A stretch of 59,888 nt of DNA. Source: a virus. Lineage: Duplodnaviria > Caudoviricetes. This document shows, in pieces, positions 1 through 8,159 of this stretch. The stretch spans positions 1 through 59,888 of IMG/VR virus record IMGVR_UViG_3300037461_000559; one strand, given 5' to 3'. The notes beneath the pieces are model-generated. The model did not search any database. It was not told the DNA's origin and saw nothing but the letters and a program-made list of their open reading frames with translations. The first letter of the stretch is position 1; every line of letters begins with the position of its first letter. Position numbers and translations under genes: made by a program.

Positions 1-143
1 GCCCGCTGGGCCTGGGGCCCGCTGGGCCTGGGGCCCGCTGGGCCTGGGGCCCGCTGGGCCTGGGGCCCGCTGGGCCTGGGGCCCGCTGGGCCTGGGGCCC
101 GCTGGGCCTGGGGCCCGCTGGGCCTGGGGCCCGCTGGGCCTGG
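1..143. repeat. 16-bp tandem repeat GGGCCCGCTGGGCCTG (~9 copies), continuing the array at the right end
   Basis: Period of 16 nt read directly; same unit and orientation as 59444-59888. Confidence 0.97.
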
Positions 144-152
144 TATCCCTGC

Positions 153-186
153 AAAAAAGCCCAGGCCTTGAAAAGCCCGGGCTTTT
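153..186 (-). terminator. Putative intrinsic terminator of the leftward operon
   Basis: Minus strand AAAAGCCCGGG-loop-CCTGGGCTTTTTT, just past the stop of 207-548. Confidence 0.6.
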
Positions 187-206
187 ACGCGCGCAAGTTT
201 TAGGCC

Positions 207-548
207 CTAGGCCTGGGCCTGGGCTTGCTCCAATTCACGCGCGCGGGCCTGGGCTTTCTGCATAGCAAAAAAGCCCGCGCGGTAAAAATTCGGATAATCT
301 TCTATGGTTTTTACTTGCGCATAATGCGTGCGGGAATTATAGCGCGGAAAATTCGCGCAAATATTAATTCTTTGCATATCCCCGCGCGCGCGTGCATTAT
401 CTTCTACTATTTGGGCTTGCGCATAACTATCGCAAGGAAAAATCAGTTTATTAATTTTCCCTTGTGCAAGGCCCCAGCCCGACAAAAAAGGATCCGTCAT
501 GGTAACATAATGCAAAATATTCGCATAATAAGGAAAATTAGGTTTCAT
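207..548 (-). CDS. Hypothetical phage protein (113 aa)
   Basis: ATG preceded by GAAAGCGGGGA RBS motif; protein-like sequence (YVTMTDPFLSGWGLAQGKINKLIFPC). Confidence 0.8.
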   Translation of the reverse strand: MKPNFPYYANILHYVTMTDPFLSGWGLAQGKINKLIFPCDSYAQAQIVEDNARARGDMQRINICANFPRYNSRTHYAQVKTIEDYPNFYRAGFFAMQKAQARARELEQAQAQA

Positions 549-552
549 GGTT

Positions 553-786
553 TCAATTCCCCGCTTTCTGGGCCCGCTGGGCCCTATATGTTTTGTAGAT
601 ATACGGATAGATCATTTTATCGCGCATTATATAGGCATAATGCGCGCATTTTATAAACCCGCGCCATATCAGGCCCAGGGAATAGGCCTTATAAATCGGC
701 ATATCAGGCCCAACGGGCAAGGCCCAGGCCCAGGCCTTGCAAGTATTTTCTAGGGCCCGCAAAATTGCCAGAATAAGCCCGCGCAT
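553..786 (-). CDS. Hypothetical protein (77 aa)
   Basis: Bounded by junction motifs; ends QKAGN. Confidence 0.55.
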   Translation of the reverse strand: MRGLILAILRALENTCKAWAWALPVGPDMPIYKAYSLGLIWRGFIKCAHYAYIMRDKMIYPYIYKTYRAQRAQKAGN

Positions 787-788
787 TA

Positions 789-1283
789 TTAGATCCCCGC
801 TTTCTGGGCCTGGGGCCCGCTTTCTAACTTATTTTCCCCGCGTTTAATTTTTTCTACCCAGCGGGCCTGGGCCCGCGCGCAATAATCCGCGCAATTCTGC
901 AAGGCCCGAATTTTTGGGGCCTGGTTTCCGCCATAATAGATCCCCGCAAGGCCTAAAATCTTCGCAAAAGTTTTTTCCCTGGGCTTATATCCTATATGCT
1001 CAATATATGGCCATTTATCCCTAATAATTGCCCCTTTTTTCTTTTCAGGAATTCGGATCAGGATATGGCATATAGTCTGCATTTTTGGATCCGAAAATTC
1101 CAGACTAGGTATGTCCTTGACCAAAAATGGTCCTTGCCCGTTCATATCATACTTAAAAACAAAACTATTGCCCCAGGCCCGCAAGTAATAGATCAATTCG
1201 GCAAGCCCGCTGATTAAAAATGGCGCGCAATAAATCGGATCCTTATCTTCCGATATTTTTATTTCCTCAATCTTAAAAAGCAT
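789..1283 (-). CDS. Hypothetical protein (~164 aa)
   Basis: ATG at 1283 follows junction motif; ends QAQKAGI. Confidence 0.7.
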   Translation of the reverse strand: MLFKIEEIKISEDKDPIYCAPFLISGLAELIYYLRAWGNSFVFKYDMNGQGPFLVKDIPSLEFSDPKMQTICHILIRIPEKKKGAIIRDKWPYIEHIGYKPREKTFAKILGLAGIYYGGNQAPKIRALQNCADYCARAQARWVEKIKRGENKLESGPQAQKAGI

Positions 1284-1285
1284 GA

Positions 1286-1774
1286 TCAATTCCCCGCTTT
1301 CTGGGCCTGGGCCCGCAATATCAACATAAAATTAGAAACTAGGAAAATAGAAAACAGGCCCAGGGATACCAGGCCCGCGCGCGTATAAATAACAGGGAAA
1401 GCCCAGGGAAAAAACAGGCCCGCGCGCGCCATGAATAGGGATACCAGGCCCGCGCGCAATATGCCCAGGGATACCAGGCCCAGCCCGGAAAATACCAGGC
1501 CCAGGAAACCCAGGCCCCAGGCCCGCAAGCCCAGAAAACCCAGGGAAACCAGGCCCAGGGAAACCAGGCCTTGCATTATCAGGCCTTGCCCATACCCCAG
1601 GTCCAGCCCGGGCCCGCTTTCTATAATCTCAAAAGTTAAACCATGGATATAATCCAGGGATACTAGGCCCAGGCCCAGGATCCCTAATAGGCCCAGGGAT
1701 ACCAGGCCCGCGCGGGCCTGGGCCCAGGGAAACCGGGCCCGCTTGCGCAACATATAGACAGGATACGCGCGCAT
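1286..1774 (-). CDS. Repetitive hydrophobic (GLVSL-repeat) putative membrane protein (162 aa)
   Basis: ATG at 1774 in TAATG overlap after junction motif; repeated GLVSL(G); ends QAQKAGN. Confidence 0.5.
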   Translation of the reverse strand: MRAYPVYMLRKRARFPWAQARAGLVSLGLLGILGLGLVSLDYIHGLTFEIIESGPGLDLGYGQGLIMQGLVSLGLVSLGFLGLRAWGLGFLGLVFSGLGLVSLGILRAGLVSLFMARAGLFFPWAFPVIYTRAGLVSLGLFSIFLVSNFMLILRAQAQKAGN

Positions 1775-2028
1775 TAATTCCCCGCTTTCTGGGCCTGGGC
1801 CCGGGCTTGCGTTATTTTGAATTCCAGCCCGCGCGCGTGGTTTACCGCATGGATTATATATTTTTCCCAATATGTATAAGAATATTCGGGGATGTATTCG
1901 GGCTGGGTTTCTGGTATCCAATCCCGCGCCAAAATTCGGCGCGCGCCATTTTTCGGCAAGGCATAAAACCGGAAACCTTGCGCGATTAATTCCCCGATTT
2001 TTTCCCGCGTTGCCTGGTATGCTCTCAT
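1774..2028 (-). CDS. Hypothetical protein (84 aa)
   Basis: Bounded by junction motifs; ends QAQKAGN. Confidence 0.65.
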   Translation of the reverse strand: MRAYQATREKIGELIAQGFRFYALPKNGARRILARDWIPETQPEYIPEYSYTYWEKYIIHAVNHARGLEFKITQARAQAQKAGN

Positions 2029-2076
2029 TTTAGATCCCCGCTTTCTGGGCCCTAGGGCCCGCTTTAATTTTGCCGA

Positions 2077-2280
2077 TTAATCAGCATAAAAAACATAAAA
2101 AGCATGACAAAAAACCTGATCCCCAGTACCACGGGGATCCTTCACCCAGCGGGCCCCACAATATTCCACCATATCCCCGCGCGATATTCCGTAAAACGGA
2201 AGATCCCCGCGCATAACGGGCCAGAAAAAAAGATCAAATTCCCTGGCCCTGTACTTTCTATCTCGCGTTGCCTTATCCAT
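2077..2280 (-). CDS. Hypothetical protein (67 aa)
   Basis: First ORF after the promoter at 2316-2344; RBS motif present. Confidence 0.65.
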   Translation of the reverse strand: MDKATRDRKYRAREFDLFFWPVMRGDLPFYGISRGDMVEYCGARWVKDPRGTGDQVFCHAFYVFYAD

Positions 2281-2315
2281 GGTTTCAATCCCCGCTTTCC
2301 TTAACTTCTAGTCAC

Positions 2316-2344
2316 ATTATGCCTTAACTTTTAGGGCCTGTCAA
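2316..2344 (-). promoter_or_regulatory. Sigma70-type promoter TTGACA-17-CATAAT
   Basis: tgtcaa at 2339-2344 and attatg at 2316-2321; A/T-rich UP-like tract upstream. Confidence 0.8.
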
Positions 2345-2917
2345 GGCCTTTTTTTAAGTTTTTTAGAATTATTTTCTAGGCCCCAGCGGGCCCAGAGCCC
2401 AGGCCTTGCCTATTTTCGCGCGGGCCTTATATATGGAAAGCGGGCCCGCTTGCGCAAGGTTCAAGGCCCAGGGCCCGTGGATATGGCGCGCGGGCTGGGC
2501 TCTGGGGCCTGGCAAAATAGGTCATAAGCCCGCAAGCCCGGGCCCGCTGGGCCTGGTCCTGGGCCCGCTGGGCCTGGCATAATGCGCGCGGAAAAGTACA
2601 AAAGGGAAATTTGCGCACGAATTCACAAGATAAAATCCTTTATATATCAATAATTTATGCGGGCTTGTGTCCGATAATAGGGATTATGTTAACTAGGGCC
2701 CAGGCCCAGGGAAAGCCCGCGCGCGGGCTGGAATTCTGCTTTTTCTGGATTTCGGGCTTAAAGGACGGAAGTTTTTGCATAAGGCCCCCCCTTGGCGCAG
2801 ATTGAGACACTTGGCCCTACTTGCAGTTTACCAGGGGTGGTTCAATAATAGACACAACCTTGCTCATTACCACTTCCAGACCTGGCCGGCCGGGCCATTT
2901 TCCACCAGGCCGTTCCG

Positions 2918-3300
2918 TATCGTTTTCTTTTTTTGGCAAAAACCAATGGTCAAAGTTATCCACAGGATAACATGGCCTTGTATAACGGAAAAAAAGACTT
3001 TTCCACTATCGTTACTTTTTAGCCAAAGAAAACGATAGTTGGGGTGTCAGAAACTTGCTATTGTTTTTTCAAAAAAAAGTAACGATAAACTTTACAATGT
3101 CAGGAAAGGCATTTTTTTCTGGTTTTATGGCGACCTATATATAGGGGAATTTTGGGCATTGTTTTTTTCAAAACAAAGAAAACGATACACCGGATTAGAA
3201 ATTTTCCGTTACGCCATGCGCACTTACCCTGTTAAATATTTGGGGCATTGGAGTTTTTACCCTGTTTTTGAAAAAAACGGCCTAGTTCCTGGGGTCTAAA
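2918..3300. other. AT-rich non-coding region with iteron-like repeats and a DnaA box; candidate replication origin
   Basis: AAAGAAAACGATA / AAAAGTAACGATA in both orientations at 2918, 3007, 3025, 3075, 3175; TTATCCACA at 2956-2964. Confidence 0.5.
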
Positions 3301-3520
3301 TATAGAATTCCCTGTTCATCGAACAAAATTTCCGTAGTTTTTATGCGAAAAATCGAGTTTTCGCAAAAAAAGGGCCAAAAACTCCAATGGCATCAATTTG
3401 CTTATATATAGGTAATAAGGGCCAGCATTGGTTTCTATGTTTTCAGGTTTTGGCGTGCAGAGGGCCAATTTTCCGTTGGCCACGGTTCCTGGGCCCTGGT
3501 CCTTGGTGCCAGGCCGGCGG

Positions 3521-3776
3521 GGCGGCTGGCTGGCGCGCAGGTGGCGCGTGGCCGGCGCGGGGGATGCGCGCGGGCGGTTGGCTGGCGCGCAGGTGGCGCG
3601 TGGCCGGCGCGGGGGATGCGCGCGGGCGGCTGGCTGGCGTGCAGGTGGCGCAGGTGGCGCGTGGCCGGCGCGGGGGATGCGCGCGGGCGGCTGGCTGGCG
3701 TGCAGGTGGCGCAGGTGGCGCGTGGCCGGCGCGGGGGATGCGCGCGGGCGGCTGGCTGGCGTGCAGGTGGCGCAGG
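3521..3776. repeat. G-rich tandem repeat with 52/52/61/61-bp units plus a partial unit
   Basis: Units start at 3521, 3573, 3625, 3686, 3747; the longer units carry an extra 9-bp GCAGGTGGC. Confidence 0.93.
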
Positions 3777-3899
3777 GGGTGCCCGTGGGCGCGCGGAGCC
3801 GGCGCGGGGGCCTGGTGGCGTACTCCCGGGGCCGGAGCCGGGCAAGGGGTAAGGGTCCGGGCGCGGCGGGGGCCTGGCTGGGGTCAAAGCATTTTACGC

Positions 3900-3928
3900 T
3901 TGCGTTTTACGGAAAGTGGTGGTAAAGT
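3900..3928 (+). promoter_or_regulatory. Putative rightward promoter TTGCGT-17-TAAAGT with extended -10
   Basis: 17-bp spacing and TGn before -10; upstream of the packaging operon. Confidence 0.5.
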
Positions 3929-4418
3929 GGTGGATGTACTGGCGGGGGGATGCCGTTGGGGTGTTCCAGGGGTCGGGTTCCCTCCCATGCTTTTGGGGTA
4001 TTTCAGGGCATTCTCCCGCTGGTACAAGGTAAAGAAACTTGTTCCGCGTGAAACATCCGGGGTGTCCGAGCCGGCGATTGCCCCCGCTTTCCGCTGGTGA
4101 CGGCTTCTGGCCTTGTGATTGGATTGGCAGGGCCGGAGTAGGAGTAGAGGCCTACCCCTGGTCCAGATTTGGTGGGCTGCGGGGCATGGTAAGTCGAACC
4201 GGATGCCTGGGCAGCCATGGGGCGCGCCTGGTGGCGGCGGGCAGCATACCCGGCCCGGCGGCAGGTGGGCGCGCCGAATTTTACGGACGAGCGTTACCTG
4301 GGGCAGACCCCCTGTTACAGCAGGGCCCGGGTGATGGGTAAGGTGGGCCCGGGGCCGGGCTGGGATACCTGGCCTGGCCCCGGGCCGAATGAAAGCGGGG
4401 AAAGGGGGTAAAGCGGGG

Positions 4419-4619
4419 ATGATGGTGATTTGCAATTCCGTGGATCGCGGGTGCGCGGATCCGCTGGGCACTTTCCGGCCGAACAGGTGCTATCATTCGG
4501 TAGAGCACGACAGCAAGGAATACCCGGAAAGTTGCCGGATGAAATGTAGGCGGAAACCCAAGGCGCGGTGCGTGCCGGTAGAGGAATTGAAGAAAACGAA
4601 AAACGGGAAAGGGGCCTAG
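4419..4619 (+). CDS. Small Cys-rich hypothetical protein
   Basis: ATG after AAAGCGGGG RBS; several Cys/His residues. Confidence 0.55.
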   Translation: MMVICNSVDRGCADPLGTFRPNRCYHSVEHDSKEYPESCRMKCRRKPKARCVPVEELKKTKNGKGA

Positions 4620-4623
4620 GACC

Positions 4624-4953
4624 ATGGAACGCAGGAACATTTTTTATCCCGAGGAAGTTGAACGTGGAGGGCATTTTCAAGCGGCGATTGCTCCGTTGAT
4701 CGGGGCTTGCGAACGGGTGGCGCGGGCCATTGAAGGGAAAAGCCGGGGTGAGATTTGCTGCCCCCGGTGCGGGGGCTGGGCGGTATGGCACGTTGCAGAC
4801 CATGGCGGGCAAGTGATTATGTGTCTGTCCTGTGCGGACAAACTGATACCTGGCTTTTCCAAGCGGGGATGGCAGGATCCATCCGAAAGGGCCAGCCAAG
4901 TATCTGAATTGCTGGATGCCATGGTTAAACAGGCGGAGCAAAATGGCCCATGA
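4624..4953 (+). CDS. Zinc-ribbon hypothetical protein
   Basis: CPRCGG...CLSC; AGGA RBS. Confidence 0.65.
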   Translation: MERRNIFYPEEVERGGHFQAAIAPLIGACERVARAIEGKSRGEICCPRCGGWAVWHVADHGGQVIMCLSCADKLIPGFSKRGWQDPSERASQVSELLDAMVKQAEQNGP

Positions 4954-5563
4954 CAGGATAGCGTTCGAGTACATGGCGGTGGATGCGTTGGCCCCGTGGC
5001 CGGCGAATGCGCACGTCCATCCGCCGGAGCAGATTTCTTTGCTCCGGCGCAGCATCCGCGAATTCGGGTTCATCATTCCCATCCTGATAAACGACAAAAA
5101 CGAGATATTGGCCGGGCACGGGCGGATCCAGGCCGCGAAACAGGAATTCATCAAAGAGGTTCCCGTTGTCCGGGCCAGCCACTTGACCCAGGCCCAGCAG
5201 CGGGCGTATGTGCTGGCGGACAACCGGCTGATGGAGCACGCGGCCTGGGACTTTGAGATAGTGCATCAGGAATTGGAGGGGTTGAAACTGGACGGATTTG
5301 ACTTGTCCATCACGGGGTTCAACCTGGCGGACGTGGAAATAGACGATGAAACGGCGCACGGGCTGGGGTTGGACCGGCCGGCGGACGATGATCTGGATGA
5401 AGATGCGGACGTGGTGCTGACGGTGCCAAAAGCGTTGGCCACGGAAGTCAAGCGGTGGTTGGCAGCGGGCAACCGGATAACGGCCGTGGGCATGGGCAAA
5501 GGCGTGGTGCAGCGGTTGAAGGCAGAAGGCGCGATCAAGGAAGAAACCCGTGGCAACGGATGA
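4943..5563 (+). CDS. ParB/sulfiredoxin N-terminal domain protein
   Basis: SIREFGFIIPILIND..ILAGHGRIQAA..RAYVLADNRL motif; usual position before terminase. Confidence 0.88.
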   Translation: MAHDRIAFEYMAVDALAPWPANAHVHPPEQISLLRRSIREFGFIIPILINDKNEILAGHGRIQAAKQEFIKEVPVVRASHLTQAQQRAYVLADNRLMEHAAWDFEIVHQELEGLKLDGFDLSITGFNLADVEIDDETAHGLGLDRPADDDLDEDADVVLTVPKALATEVKRWLAAGNRITAVGMGKGVVQRLKAEGAIKEETRGNG

Positions 5564-6203
5564 TTTGGCGAACAAGGCCGATAACAAACCAACGGCCCAA
5601 TCCATAGAGGATGAATTAATTGGGCCCTTGCCGAAATCCCTGTCTGTACCGCAGTTCTTGCAGATTTTGACGGTCTTGAAACTTGGCGGCACCCTGGCTG
5701 ACGCGGCGGCGTTGGCTGGTTTTAATCCTACCACCCTGAAAAACTGGCTTGAGCGGGGATTCCAGTTGGCCATGAGCGGCGCAACCTGGAAAGACATACC
5801 CATCACGGACACGGAAAGCCACGGGATAGCGGCCAGCATTCATTTTTACGAGCAGGTGCTAAAGGCGAAATCGGCCGGGAAACTGCGGCTATTGCGCAAG
5901 ATCAACCGGAGCGTGGACGCGGGGAATTGGAAAGCGGCGGCATTCCTGTTGGAACGGCTGTATCCAAAGGAATTTGGCAAGAAGGACACTTTGACGATAA
6001 AAGGGGATTCCCATGACCCGGTGCGGGTAGCCATGGACATGACGCCTGAAATGCGGCACGCGCGCCGGGTGGAATTGGAGAATATGCGGCAGTTGACGGG
6101 GAATGCCGGGCAAACGGCAGACACCGTGGAGTTTGAGCCGGTGCAGGGGGAGAATAGGCCCGAGCCGGCCACGGAAGAAAACCAAGAGGGGGATGAAGAA
6201 TGA
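5550..6203 (+). CDS. terS: Terminase small subunit (HTH)
   Basis: HTH LADAAALAGFNPTTLKNW; WKAAAFLLERLYPKEFG; position. Confidence 0.7.
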   Translation: MATDDLANKADNKPTAQSIEDELIGPLPKSLSVPQFLQILTVLKLGGTLADAAALAGFNPTTLKNWLERGFQLAMSGATWKDIPITDTESHGIAASIHFYEQVLKAKSAGKLRLLRKINRSVDAGNWKAAAFLLERLYPKEFGKKDTLTIKGDSHDPVRVAMDMTPEMRHARRVELENMRQLTGNAGQTADTVEFEPVQGENRPEPATEENQEGDEE

Positions 6204-6652
6204 GTTTCAACCTGGAAGCGGGAACGGACAAGCGGCTGGGCTGGCTGCGCGCCTGGGCCAAGAAAGAGGGCATAGCCATGGTGGTAACGAGTACATTCCG
6301 TGATGCCCGGACCCAGGACATGATTTACGCGCAGGGTCGGACTATTGCCGGGGGCATAGTGACGTATGCGCAGGGCTGGCAATCCTGGCATAACGTGGGG
6401 CGGGCATTCGATATTGCCTTTTTCAACGGGAAAAAGGTGGTGTATGACGGGCCTTTCGCGCCCTGGGCCAAGGTGGTGGAGAAAGCCAAGAGCATTGGAT
6501 TGACATGGGGCGGCACGTTCAAACGCAAGGATCGGAAAACCGGGAAAATGGTGCCTTTTCAAGACAAACCGCATTTCCAGTACGAATTCGATGGAACGGG
6601 CGTGAAGCATTCATTGAAGCATTACGTTGACGAATACAAGGCCACGCATTGA
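6200..6652 (+). CDS. M15-family peptidase (L-Ala-D-Glu-type endolysin)
   Basis: R...Q..IYAQGRT, SWHNVGRAFD (SxHxxGxAxD), WGG, DKPHFQ. Confidence 0.9.
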   Translation: MSFNLEAGTDKRLGWLRAWAKKEGIAMVVTSTFRDARTQDMIYAQGRTIAGGIVTYAQGWQSWHNVGRAFDIAFFNGKKVVYDGPFAPWAKVVEKAKSIGLTWGGTFKRKDRKTGKMVPFQDKPHFQYEFDGTGVKHSLKHYVDEYKATH

Positions 6653-8148
6653 TGGTCATGGGCCCGGCGAATCAAGAATTGGTTGAATTGGGGCTGGTAG
6701 AGCCCGGGGTAAAGAATTTCAGTCCGACCGATGAAATGGCCGCGCTGGAATTGGCGGAGAATTATGCCAAGGCAGAGGAACGGCTGGGTGATTTCGTAAG
6801 ACAGGCCTGGAAAGTGATAGAAGGCCGGCCATTCGCGGATAATTGGCATATTGACGTAATTTGCGAACATTTGGAAGCCCTGGCCACGGGCCAGATCCGC
6901 CGGCTGGTGATCAACGTGCCCCCGCGCAGCACAAAAAGCACGATCATTTCAGTTTGTTTCCCCGCCTGGTGCTGGATTGACGATGCCCGCTGGCAGTTTT
7001 TGACCGGCAGCCATAACAAGGACTTGGCAATCAGGGATGCGGTGAAAAGCCGGCGGTTACTGGATTCCCCGTGGTTCCGCCGGGCCTGGGGGGACAGGTT
7101 CCGGCTCACCACGGACCAGAACCAGAAAGCCAGGTACGAAAATAACCGGGGCGGATACCGGGTAGTTTTCGGGTACGGATCCGGAGTGACGGGAGAAGGC
7201 GGGGATTTCCTGTTGAACGACGACCCGCACCCCGCGCGCAGCAGCGCGGCCGATTTTGAGAATGACGCGGAATTTTTCGACCAGGAATTGAGCACCCGCC
7301 TGAATGATCCGGAAACCGGGCGCATTGGTGTCATTATGCAACGGCTTGGCCCCCGGGATTTGACTGGCCACCTTTTGGAACAGTCAGGTTGGGTGCATCT
7401 GATGCTACCGTTAGAATTTGAACCAGAGCGGCGGTGTCATACGGTGCTGGGGCCGGCCGACCCCCGGACGGTGGAGGGCCAGGTTTTGGATCCGAAACGC
7501 TGGCCGCTGAAAACGATAGCCGATATGAAAGTCCACTTGGGCGCGCACGGCGCGGCCGGCCAGTTGCAGCAGCGGCCGGTCCCCAAGGGTGGCGGGCAAA
7601 TTAAGTTGGCGGATTTTCAGGAATTTATTGAACCACCCGCGCGCCACCTTTGGCTGCGGAGCATGGAATTTTGGGACACGGCCGGCACGGACACAAAGAA
7701 AAGTAGCCATTGGGCGGGGCTTTACATGGTGCAGACCCAGGATATGCACCTTTGGCTGATGGATTTGATCCACAAGCGGTTTGGCTATCCGGAGGGCCGG
7801 CGCGCGGTAGGGAATTTCTACCACAAACACAATCCGGACAAAGCATTTATCGAAAACAAGAGCACGGGCATTTCCCTGTTGGGGGAACGGTTAGAGCATG
7901 AGGATTTGGCCGGATGCAATTTGCTGGGCTACGATCCATGCACGGACAAGAACGAAAGGATGTACGTTGAAACCGGCGCGATTGAAGCCGGCCGCGTTCA
8001 CGTTATGAAGAATGCACCATGGCGATTTGAGTTCAACCAGGCAATAGAAGGGTTCCCAAATGGCATCAACCAGGATATTATTGACGTTTTTTCAATGGCA
8101 TTGTATCATTTCCATAGGCGGCGGCTGTACCGAGTACGGAGCGCATAG
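6649..8148 (+). CDS. terL: Terminase large subunit
   Basis: NWHIDVICEHL; INVPPRSTKS Walker A-like; LLNDDP Walker B; IMQRL; QQRP; WDTA nuclease; IENKSTG. Confidence 0.95.
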   Translation: MMVMGPANQELVELGLVEPGVKNFSPTDEMAALELAENYAKAEERLGDFVRQAWKVIEGRPFADNWHIDVICEHLEALATGQIRRLVINVPPRSTKSTIISVCFPAWCWIDDARWQFLTGSHNKDLAIRDAVKSRRLLDSPWFRRAWGDRFRLTTDQNQKARYENNRGGYRVVFGYGSGVTGEGGDFLLNDDPHPARSSAADFENDAEFFDQELSTRLNDPETGRIGVIMQRLGPRDLTGHLLEQSGWVHLMLPLEFEPERRCHTVLGPADPRTVEGQVLDPKRWPLKTIADMKVHLGAHGAAGQLQQRPVPKGGGQIKLADFQEFIEPPARHLWLRSMEFWDTAGTDTKKSSHWAGLYMVQTQDMHLWLMDLIHKRFGYPEGRRAVGNFYHKHNPDKAFIENKSTGISLLGERLEHEDLAGCNLLGYDPCTDKNERMYVETGAIEAGRVHVMKNAPWRFEFNQAIEGFPNGINQDIIDVFSMALYHFHRRRLYRVRSA

Positions 8149-8159
8149 GAGAAAACCCC

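Larger units (their letters stand above)
557..2300 (-). repeat. Dispersed gene-junction repeat GGCCCAGAAAGCGGGGA(A/T), six copies
   Basis: Plus-strand TCCCCGCTTTC(TGGGCC) at ~557, ~794, ~1291, ~1779, ~2035 and (shorter) ~2289, each just upstream of a start codon. Confidence 0.9.

Noticed and set aside
557-2300. Classical integron attC cassettes
   Set aside because: Junctions are short direct repeats lacking RYYYAAC/GTTRRRY palindromic structure; no tyrosine recombinase seen
3521-3776. Chi sites
   Set aside because: GCAGGTGG and GCTGGCTGG only resemble GCTGGTGG, and the host is unknown
3387-4100. Overlapping Arg/Gly/Ala-rich ORFs
   Set aside because: They arise from the 52/61-bp repeat; unit lengths are not multiples of 3
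4943-5563. Plasmid partition system
   Set aside because: Only a ParB N-terminal domain in the usual pre-terminase position; no ParA or HTH recognised
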